A DNA stretch of 64,000 nt from a bacterium (GTDB taxonomy: Bacteria; RBG-13-61-14; DATKZS01): positions 864,001-928,000 of the forward strand of contig CAXXFL010000007.1 in NCBI GenBank assembly GCA_963674965.2, in the 5' to 3' direction. Below, in pieces: positions 30,413-38,172 of the stretch. Every line of letters starts with the position of its first letter. Position 1 is the first letter of the stretch. The position numbers were made by a program, and so were the translations under genes. A model generated the notes under the pieces. That model saw only the letters and a program-made list of their open reading frames with translations, did not search any database and was not told the origin of the DNA.

Positions 30413-30655
30413 TCTACAGCCCAGGGTGGAGGACGCGCTCCGCGTCCGTAACCCTGGGTATGAGATCAAGCAAGAACCCGAGCGCTGAAGGCGCGGCGCA
30501 AAATTTCCAGCCAGGAAGATGGCCGTATTTTACCGGGCCTTTCCTCATTTTCGCCGTCCCTTTGGGACTCATTTGTTTACTACCATCTTCTCCCAGGGTT
30601 TTGGCCGCCGATCGCGGCCTCCACCCTGAGCTATAGACCGCCGTCCCTACGGGAC
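30394..30655. mobile_element. Non-autonomous palindromic element (REPIN/MITE-like)
   Basis: The left ~65 bp and the reverse complement of the right ~65 bp are similar (shared CAGGGTGGAGG...AACCCTGGG); there is also an inner inverted pair. Confidence 0.6.
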
Positions 30656-30779
30656 TTATAGGGGAATAAAATTGCTAACAGCCGCGAGCGGGGCGTGGTA
30701 CCACGCGCGGTTTCTTTGCAATCGGGCGGGCCACCAGGCTGCCGGGTTGGGGCGGCGCCTCGCGGGCGTTTTCGTCGCC

Positions 30780-32048
30780 TTAATAGGCGGGCGGTCCCCA
30801 GTAGCCGAGGAGCTTGACGAGGAGGAGGGAGACGGCGGCCATGGCGGAGAGTCCGAGGAGGGAGAGCCAGAGGGGCCATCCCATCGTGAGGGGGGCGGAT
30901 ATAAAAAACAGGCCGAGCAGTATCACGGGTATGGTGAACAGGTTCATAATCGCCAGCTCGAGGGCGGCGGGGGTCTTGAAGTCGGGGTCCACCACGCGCA
31001 GGAGGAGGAGGCCGCTGGAGACCACGCCGGTGGTGGTGCCGTAGATGGCGAGGGTCCGCTCGAGGTTGTAGCGCCCGAGCCGTCTTCCGAAGAACATGAT
31101 GACCATGGTGGTGGAGACCCCGGCCAGGAGGGAGATAAGCCCGATGGGCAGGATGAATTTCCAGACCACGTCCACCTTGATGGCGGCCACGGTTGCCACG
31201 ATCAAAAAGTCGATGGACCAGCCGGTGATCCGCCTTTGCACGCCGGGGTCCACGAGGCGGACCGCGCCCATCCGCTTCATGATCGCCCGCACCATAAGGG
31301 CCAGGGCCAGGCCGAAGAAGAAAAAGAAGCCCCACAACGTCTCGGCCAGGTCACCGCCCACCAGCCCGCCCAGGCCGCGGACGATGAAATAGCCCAAAAC
31401 GTAAACCAGCCCCACCAGCGCGGCCTGAAAGGCGAGGGTGTCCACGTTGGCCGAGTTGAGGGTGAGCCGTCCCGCTTCTTCCGGCTCCTTGTCCGCGGGG
31501 TTTATCCCGGTGAGGACCTCGGGGGGAATCTCGGCGAACTTCCTCGTCCCGATGCCCTTTCTCATGCCCCGGTTGGCGATGGGCACGCCCACGAAAAAGG
31601 CGAAGAAGAAGCCCATGGCCGCGAAGGTCAGGCCCACGGTCGATCCGAACTCGAAGCCCTTTGACTCCCACACGGCGCCGATGGACAGGGCCTGGCCGGG
31701 CCCTTCATTGAAGCCGAGGGGGGCCAGGAAGCCGAAGGTCGGAAAAAGCTCGGTCCCCACAAGGCCGAGGGCGATCACCACCAGGCCGCCCATAATTCCC
31801 TGAAGCGGAAAGGCGATCCCCTGCATGAGGGCCATCCAGCCCGCGCCCCTTAAAAAGCCGCCGCCCCCGTCGCCCTCCTCCTTTTCCGACCCGGTCAGGA
31901 CCATGCCCAGTATGCCGCCGGCCAGGCAACTGGGCAGGAGGAAGCGCTGGAGGGCCCGCGCCCTGGCCCGGGCCACGATGCCCGCCAGGAGCATGACGGA
32001 CAAAAAGCCGAACACTATAAGGGGCTCGAAGTTAAAAGGGCTATCCAT
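30780..32048 (-). CDS. Sodium:glutamate symporter (GltS/ESS) family transporter
   Basis: LQRFLLPSCLAGG, GFNEGPGQA, YGTTTGVVSSGLLLLRVVDPDFKTPA; multi-TM. Confidence 0.8.
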   Translation of the reverse strand: MDSPFNFEPLIVFGFLSVMLLAGIVARARARALQRFLLPSCLAGGILGMVLTGSEKEEGDGGGGFLRGAGWMALMQGIAFPLQGIMGGLVVIALGLVGTELFPTFGFLAPLGFNEGPGQALSIGAVWESKGFEFGSTVGLTFAAMGFFFAFFVGVPIANRGMRKGIGTRKFAEIPPEVLTGINPADKEPEEAGRLTLNSANVDTLAFQAALVGLVYVLGYFIVRGLGGLVGGDLAETLWGFFFFFGLALALMVRAIMKRMGAVRLVDPGVQRRITGWSIDFLIVATVAAIKVDVVWKFILPIGLISLLAGVSTTMVIMFFGRRLGRYNLERTLAIYGTTTGVVSSGLLLLRVVDPDFKTPAALELAIMNLFTIPVILLGLFFISAPLTMGWPLWLSLLGLSAMAAVSLLLVKLLGYWGPPAY

Positions 32049-32273
32049 TAATCGGTTCCATTATTACCGCTCGCGGATGAGTCGAAAAACCACTGGCCAG
32101 GCTATAAGGAATGGCCGGAATTAAATTACCATCCCGTATGACCCGCGCGCAAATCATGGCATATCGGGACGCTCGGTTTGAAGCGGAGGCGGCGGCGATG
32201 AAGGACCCTGGCAAACCCAAACAAAGGACAGGGTCCTGATTTTTCGGGGAAAATCCTGGGCGAAAATTTGGGG

Positions 32274-32294
32274 AGCCCCGGGGCGGGGCTTTTT
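32274..32294 (+). terminator. Orphan Rho-independent terminator-like hairpin
   Basis: agccccg-ggg-cggggct-tttt with no plus-strand CDS upstream. Confidence 0.5.
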
Positions 32295-32381
32295 ATCCGT
32301 TTTCCCGGGTGCCATTAAGAAGCGATAATCTTGATCTTCTAAAATAAACCGCCAAAAAATCGGCGCAAGCCTCGTCCCTTA

Positions 32382-32411
32382 TTGACAGAAAAGTAATTTT
32401 TGTTTTATCTT
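32382..32411 (+). promoter_or_regulatory. Sigma-70-type promoter for the large secreted protein
   Basis: TTGACA-N18-TATCTT. Confidence 0.45.
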
Positions 32412-32563
32412 GGCGAAAGCGAAGAACAGGGAACTCGTCACTGAATCTAAAATAATTTTACGCGAACATCGTGGCGGCGAGCGTGGTCCGTTTTGGGGGC
32501 GGGCCGCGGATTCTAGCGTTTTATATTCCTAGCCTTAGGGCACGGGGAAACTTGGAGGGGGTC

Positions 32564-35500
32564 ATGATAAGGAAGGGCTTAATCTCAGTTGTCGTTTTAT
32601 GTTTATTCTCAGCCGCGGCTTGGGCCCAGAGCGTTCCGGCCAAGGTCAATTACCAGGGCCGTCTGTTCGATTCGGCGGGTTTTCCCGTTGACGGCGTCAG
32701 CCTTCCCATGTCCTTTTCCCTTTGGGACGCTGACACGGGCGGGACCGAGCTATGGTCCGAGGGCCGGGCGGTCCAGGTTGAGGGCGGCCTTTACAACGTT
32801 ATCCTGGGCGACTCCGTTTCCATTCCTCCCACGGTTTTCTCGGGGGCCACGGTCTTTCTCGAGGTGACGGCGGGGGGCGAGGTCATGAGTCCGCGCCAAA
32901 TGATAACCTCCGTGCCCTACGCCATGCGGGCCCTCAGCGTTCCCGGCGGCCCCGGCTCGGGCCTTGACGCGGACCTGCTGGACGGGATGGACTCGACGGC
33001 CTTCGCCCTCGTCTCCCATACTCATGACGCCTCCGAGATCGTGTCGGGCGTGGTGGACGTAAACCTTTACTCGGCCTACCAGGACCTGTCCGACGAGGGG
33101 TACCTGAACGACGACGCCGCCGAGGACCTTCCCACCCGGCTCCAGGCGGACGGCAGGTTCGTGAACGTGGTGGGCGACGAGGCCATGGCCGGCAGCCTGA
33201 CCGTGGGAGGAGACCTCGAGGTCACGGGCGGCAATATCGGACTGGGAATCGCTCCGACCGCCAGTTATGGGATAGTGAACGACGAGACCAGCCCGCCGTC
33301 TTTTGGCGCCAAGCTCACTGGCGGAGTGTACGGACTTTGGGCCCAGAACTCGACTGATCCTACCCATAACCTCGTATACCTGTCCTCGAGTTCCTATGGT
33401 ATTTACGCCACCTCCGGGACCTCGACCACTCCCGGAGACAACAGCGGCGGACGCTTTTTCGGCCACAGCCAGGACGGAACGGTCTACGGCGTCCTGGGTT
33501 ACGCCTACGCTTATGGAGGCAACCCCTCCTACGGTATTAGGGGCTTCGGCTCCAGCCCCGGCTCGGGCGACGCCTATGGCGGTTACTTCTCGACCCTCTC
33601 CTCCGGTGGCGGAACGCATTATGGAGTCTTCGCCGAGGCCGACGACTACGCCGGGTGGTTCGAGGACGGCGTGGTCCACGTGGGCGCGGCCGGCTACGAG
33701 GATTACGTCTCCGGCGACGGCGACCTTTACGTTGCGTCCACCCTCGAGGTCGACGGGGTGGCTTACCTGACGGGAGGCCTCGAGGCCCCCCTGGCCATCG
33801 ACCCGTCGGACGTCAACTTCAACTACGCGGCCGGCGTCACTAAGGGCGGCCCGGCGGCCGACCTGGAATGCGCGGACTGCGTCTCGGCCGCCGAGGTCCA
33901 GTTCAACTGGGCCATGGGAAACTCGGAGGGAGGCGCGGCCCTGGACCTTAGTTGCACTAACTGCGTCTCGGCCGCCGAGGTCCAGTTTAACTACGCCGCC
34001 GGCGACTCGGAGGGAGGCGCGGCCCTGGACCTTAGCTGCACCAACTGCGTCAACCAGGACCAGGTCGAGGACATCTACGTGCTTAACACCACGGACTCGA
34101 TGTCCGGAGACCTTACCGTGGGCGAGGACTTGAGAGTTGACGGAACCATCGCCATTGGAACGGGACCCACGACCAGCGCGGCCATAATCAACGACCAGGC
34201 GACCGCCCCCTATTACGGCGCTTATATCTACGGATCGACTTACGGACTGCGCGCCTCCTGGGCGACCAACCCTAACTACAGCTACGCCTATTTAGCCGCG
34301 CAGGATAACGCCGTGTTCGGACGGGCCGGTGTGTCCGGCGACACTTCCAACCGCTACGGCGGCAGGTTCTATACCTATACTCAAGGCATGGCCACCGCCC
34401 TTCACGGCTACGCGGGAGGATACGGAAGCGTCGAGACCAGGGGCCTTTACTCGGCGGCTTACAATACGTCCACGGGAGACGTGTTCGCCGGAAAATTCAG
34501 CGCCGAGGACGGCGGCTCGGGGAACCAGTACGGCGTGCACGCCTCGGCCCTCGCCAACGCCTCGGGTGAAAAGGCTTATGGCGTGTACGGGTCCGGCGCC
34601 AATTCCTCCACCGGCGAGGCCTTCGGCGGGTACTTCAAGGGGGACGGAGACGCCTCATACGGGGTCTACGCCGAGGCGGACGAGTATCCGATTTACGCGG
34701 CCCAATCGGGAGACACGGATCATTATTACGCCTATCTTGCCTCATCCAATTATGGAATTTACGCTCGCGTCGGCACTAGCGCGGCGAGCAACGTCAAATG
34801 CGGCGGAGCGTTTTACTCTTACAGCGACTCCATTTCTTACGGCGCTTTCATGCTCGGTGAATCCGACTCGAACGTGGCGTACGGAGCGTACGGGTACGCC
34901 CGCCAAAACGGGGCTTCCAACGCTTACGGCGGATACTTCGCCAACGCCTCGGATGGGACCGGCACTCGCATAGGCGTATATGCCGGCTCGAACGGGAACG
35001 CCTGGAGCGGCAATTACGCGTTGTACGCCGGCGCCACGGGGGCGACGGCGGGCCAGAATTACGGTCTTTACTCCTACGTCTCCAACGCCACCGACTACGC
35101 TCTTTACGCTCCCAACGGCCAGAAGTCGTGGGTGAACCCCGACCCCGAGGACCCGGCCAAGTCCATCGTCTACGTGACCCTGGAGGGCGGCATCTCGGGC
35201 ACCTATCACGCGGGACGGGCCAGGCTCTCCGGCGGCCGGGTCACGGTGGTCCTTCCCGATCACTTCCGCAAGGTCACCAGCCCCGAGGAGAACGTGATGG
35301 TCACGGTCACCCCGAGGGGACGCTGCAACGGCCTGTTCGTGTCCGAGAGCGACAACGCGAGCTTCACCGTCGAGGAACTGGCCGGCGGCGAGTCCAACGT
35401 CGAGTTCGACTTCATCGTCATGGGTTACCGGCTCGGCTACGAGGACTACGAGCCCATCCGGGAGAACCTGGACTACGTGCCCTTCCAGGGGAACCTCGAG

Positions 35501-35707
35501 GGCATGGACGAGACCGAGACCACCACCCAGGAATTCTACGACGACATGAGCGAGGGCGTGAAAAAGATTTTCATCAAGAACGGGACCCTCGACGAGAAGG
35601 GCAAGGTCAACGAGAAAACCTTCCAGCAAAAAGGATGGAAAAACGTCAAGGTGAAAAAGGAAAAAGCCGACCTGAACGGCGAGCCTTCTCACCTCAAGGG
35701 CAGATAG
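32564..35707 (+). CDS. Large secreted fibre/adhesin-like protein with tail-fibre-type motifs and Gly/Tyr-rich repeats
   Basis: Signal peptide (AAWA-Q), NYQGRL domain, LDADLLDG, HTH (His-Thr-His), many YGxYG repeats and three CxxC repeats; RBS ggagggg. Confidence 0.7.
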   Translation: MIRKGLISVVVLCLFSAAAWAQSVPAKVNYQGRLFDSAGFPVDGVSLPMSFSLWDADTGGTELWSEGRAVQVEGGLYNVILGDSVSIPPTVFSGATVFLEVTAGGEVMSPRQMITSVPYAMRALSVPGGPGSGLDADLLDGMDSTAFALVSHTHDASEIVSGVVDVNLYSAYQDLSDEGYLNDDAAEDLPTRLQADGRFVNVVGDEAMAGSLTVGGDLEVTGGNIGLGIAPTASYGIVNDETSPPSFGAKLTGGVYGLWAQNSTDPTHNLVYLSSSSYGIYATSGTSTTPGDNSGGRFFGHSQDGTVYGVLGYAYAYGGNPSYGIRGFGSSPGSGDAYGGYFSTLSSGGGTHYGVFAEADDYAGWFEDGVVHVGAAGYEDYVSGDGDLYVASTLEVDGVAYLTGGLEAPLAIDPSDVNFNYAAGVTKGGPAADLECADCVSAAEVQFNWAMGNSEGGAALDLSCTNCVSAAEVQFNYAAGDSEGGAALDLSCTNCVNQDQVEDIYVLNTTDSMSGDLTVGEDLRVDGTIAIGTGPTTSAAIINDQATAPYYGAYIYGSTYGLRASWATNPNYSYAYLAAQDNAVFGRAGVSGDTSNRYGGRFYTYTQGMATALHGYAGGYGSVETRGLYSAAYNTSTGDVFAGKFSAEDGGSGNQYGVHASALANASGEKAYGVYGSGANSSTGEAFGGYFKGDGDASYGVYAEADEYPIYAAQSGDTDHYYAYLASSNYGIYARVGTSAASNVKCGGAFYSYSDSISYGAFMLGESDSNVAYGAYGYARQNGASNAYGGYFANASDGTGTRIGVYAGSNGNAWSGNYALYAGATGATAGQNYGLYSYVSNATDYALYAPNGQKSWVNPDPEDPAKSIVYVTLEGGISGTYHAGRARLSGGRVTVVLPDHFRKVTSPEENVMVTVTPRGRCNGLFVSESDNASFTVEELAGGESNVEFDFIVMGYRLGYEDYEPIRENLDYVPFQGNLEGMDETETTTQEFYDDMSEGVKKIFIKNGTLDEKGKVNEKTFQQKGWKNVKVKKEKADLNGEPSHLKGR
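33812..34060 (+). repeat. Three tandem 84-bp in-frame repeats (28 aa, each with CxxC)
   Basis: ctgcgtctcggccgccgagg recurs at 33877 and 33961; unit VQFN(Y/W)AxGxSEGGAALDLSCTNCVSAAE. Confidence 0.9.
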
Positions 35708-35727
35708 GGAGCGGGATACCGGCGGCG

Positions 35728-35761
35728 GCGGTCCTTTAAACGAGCCTGCTTAAAGGACCGC
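35728..35761. terminator. 12-bp stem hairpin after the fibre gene
   Basis: gcggtcctttaa pairs with ttaaaggaccgc. Confidence 0.5.
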
Positions 35762-35923
35762 GCCCCCGCCGGTCCGGCCCAGCTCGAGTAGCTCGAGCCG
35801 CCCGCCCGCGCTACTCAGGACCGTGATCGAGCCGTTGGCCGGGCTGAAATGGACCACCCGGCCGTCGGAGCGGGCCAGGCCCGAGGCCGCCCGACCGCTC
35901 CTTATTAGGTGGATGAGGGAGTT

Positions 35924-37027
35924 TTAGTGGTAAATAATTTTCTCTTCCCCTGCCCATTCTTGAATTACTTTTGGGGGTTTTCTTTTATATTGATTAATAT
36001 TTGAGAAATAATTAATCTCTTCTTTACTGAGTACTGCCGCCCATATTTCACCTTTTTGTCCAACTATAATTATCCAACCGGAAGATTTATAACAACCCCT
36101 AATATATCCTTCGTAGACATGCGCATTAAGTTCCTTATCCATTGTATTTTCATTGTACGAACTAAATGCATCGGCAAAAGTATCATAGTACTCACCTACA
36201 AGATTCGCGAAGGCTATTTCCTGATTTGCGTTGCTAAAAATTCCCAAATTCATGAAAACTGATCTATCTTTTTTATCTCTCTCAATTTTATAATCAAATT
36301 TTCCTTGTGAAAAAGTCCCTCCAAAGAAAACACCGATACCTCCATATCCGTCACAGCCTTCCTGCTCCACGCCTATTAGCTCTTCTTTTTTAATAAATGT
36401 CAACTTGCATTTTGAGTTCCTCTCAGTTTCTATATATTGATATTTATCTTTATCAGCGATTGCCGTACCACTTACTCCACCTGTATGACAGCCATTGATT
36501 GAGTCTATAGAAAACCAAAATTGATCTTTCCTAACGTCCCCGATATACAATTTGGTAAGCTGCCACTCAGAATAGTCCAATCTAGTCCATTTTCCAGCCG
36601 GAGGGTATTCTCCATTATCTTCAGGAACGAAAGGCGTGCCACAAACTTCAAATCCAAGCCATTTTGAAAAGTCCGATTCGAATGAAGAAGGTTTCCAAAC
36701 ACCAATATAACAACCAGCGGGATTTAATTCTCCTTCAAAATAACCAGTAATATCTCCTTTATTATTATATTCAGTAAGGTTAAGACCTCCCATTTTATCG
36801 TCACCTTGATAGTCGCCAACCAAAGTGATATCACGTTTGTACTTATGATAATAGTATTTACCAGTGACTTTCATGCCATTAATTTCAATAGACATTGATA
36901 TTGGAAGACGACCGTCAATAGAACCCTCCATCTGCTTGGAAAAAACACATTTAGGACCAGCGGCCTTTGCATTAGTTCCAAATGACAATAAAAGAAATAT
37001 GATTGTCGCTGATATCTTCACTATCAT
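35924..37027 (-). CDS. Secreted hypothetical protein, strongly AT-rich gene
   Basis: Signal peptide (NAKA), RBS aaggagg, beta-rich domains with Cys pairs. Confidence 0.75.
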   Translation of the reverse strand: MIVKISATIIFLLLSFGTNAKAAGPKCVFSKQMEGSIDGRLPISMSIEINGMKVTGKYYYHKYKRDITLVGDYQGDDKMGGLNLTEYNNKGDITGYFEGELNPAGCYIGVWKPSSFESDFSKWLGFEVCGTPFVPEDNGEYPPAGKWTRLDYSEWQLTKLYIGDVRKDQFWFSIDSINGCHTGGVSGTAIADKDKYQYIETERNSKCKLTFIKKEELIGVEQEGCDGYGGIGVFFGGTFSQGKFDYKIERDKKDRSVFMNLGIFSNANQEIAFANLVGEYYDTFADAFSSYNENTMDKELNAHVYEGYIRGCYKSSGWIIIVGQKGEIWAAVLSKEEINYFSNINQYKRKPPKVIQEWAGEEKIIYH

Positions 37028-37077
37028 TTATGCCTCCTTCTGTTCAATGGAAGTAGAACCATTTAATAACTATTGAT

Positions 37078-37761
37078 TTAATTATATCGTAATCCGTTCC
37101 AGAAATCTTTTACTATGGAGATCAAAAACGCGGGTACCATAATTAGGCCCACGAGGCCGAGGACCCCAAGTAAAAAAGTAAACAGCTTTCGAGACAAAGA
37201 CGGCCTGTACGCCCAGGGGCAATCGTCGCATACTCCGTCTTGCGCGAGGTTGGTATCCCAATCGTTAATTATGTTAGTAAGGACTGCATCGTCGTTTATC
37301 ATCCATACGTCCAGATATTCGTCAATGTCCACGTTTCCAATGGCCATGGCCGTGAAACCTTTGTCCGAGACTTCCGGCCGAATGGCAAGGCGCCATTCAT
37401 CGCCGTTTATGGCCTTGTCCAGAATTTCGTTCTCGACCTCGCGTGAATGGATCACGTCGTCCGCCATGAAATAATAGTAACTGCTCCATCCGTCCGTCGA
37501 CCAACCCGTCAGGTTGAAAGCCCGCCCTCCTCCGGCATAGGAACCATGCTTTTTATAATATGAGACTTGAGAGGCGTAAATGGCGTTAAGGTTCGTCCTG
37601 GCCTCGGCGGTTCTGGCCTTGGCGTCAAATTTCATAAAATTTGGAATGGCCGCAATCATCCCGGAAATCAACCCGACGATCATGAAAAAGAAAAGGTAAG
37701 CCGACCGGCGCGACGGCCTGAATCCACGGATAAGTCTGGACCTAATAATCCATGAAGGCAT
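37078..37761 (-). CDS. Atypical type IV pilin-like membrane protein
   Basis: AAIPNFMKFDAKARTAEARTNLNAIYASQVSYY and FTAMAIGNVDIDEYLDVW resemble deltaproteobacterial PilA; extra C-terminal TM. Confidence 0.65.
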   Translation of the reverse strand: MPSWIIRSRLIRGFRPSRRSAYLFFFMIVGLISGMIAAIPNFMKFDAKARTAEARTNLNAIYASQVSYYKKHGSYAGGGRAFNLTGWSTDGWSSYYYFMADDVIHSREVENEILDKAINGDEWRLAIRPEVSDKGFTAMAIGNVDIDEYLDVWMINDDAVLTNIINDWDTNLAQDGVCDDCPWAYRPSLSRKLFTFLLGVLGLVGLIMVPAFLISIVKDFWNGLRYN

Positions 37762-37826
37762 TGATTTCTCCTTTCCAAGATTTGCCGTACGGCGATCGAT
37801 AGCTTCCTTTCAGCCGCGCTTCATTC

Positions 37827-37884
37827 TTCCGTACCCTTCTCCTTCACCCACGTAAGCCTTCCCTTGATCTCTTGTTCACCGGCC
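37827..37884. repeat. Direct repeat A: copy of the 3' end of the lipocalin-like gene (partner 40781-40838)
   Basis: 58 bp with 3 mismatches; the 51-bp core has 1 mismatch. Confidence 0.9.
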
Positions 37885-37886
37885 GT

Positions 37887-37913
37887 AAGCCGCCAGCTAA
37901 GTACCTCCCGCCA
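37887..37913. repeat. Direct repeat B (partner 40687-40713)
   Basis: aagccgc..gct.agtacctcccgcca, 27 bp with 3 mismatches. Confidence 0.8.
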
Positions 37914-38172
37914 CATGCCGTTAGGAAGCCGCCAAAAAACGTCTCCAAAATTAGGCCCGTTCGCTTCGTTCCTAAAGGTCTGCAAATTAAAATGACGGCG
38001 TAAATGCAAACGGCCCCGCCTCCAACGCCTTTGGCGACTCGTTCGACGTCCGGTTGAAAGAACCTCCCGAAATGGAATTCTCAACATGATCGCGCTTTTC
38101 GGACTTGGCTTTGAAATTGATTCTCCTTGGGATTTGACAATCCGCTTTATGTCACCGTTGGAATGGAAAGAT

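Larger units (their letters stand above)
28953..30735. repeat. Dispersed REP-like palindromic repeat family (core GGTTTC-TTAC-GAAACC), 5 copies
   Basis: Copies at about 28988-29027, 30057-30106 (inverted), 30154-30211, 30315-30371 and 30698-30735 (degenerate). Confidence 0.75.

Noticed and set aside
28988-30735. Palindromic repeats as a CRISPR array
   Set aside because: Spacing is irregular and long, one copy is inverted, copies are divergent, and no cas genes are in the window.
32202-32237. GGCAAACC suggesting a c-di-GMP-I riboswitch
   Set aside because: The GAAA tetraloop stem and the GACGCAAAGC segment are absent.
29228-35707. Prophage (initiator-like ORF plus tail-fibre-like protein)
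   Set aside because: No integrase, terminase, capsid or lysis genes; the fibre protein has a Sec signal; a host transporter lies between the two.
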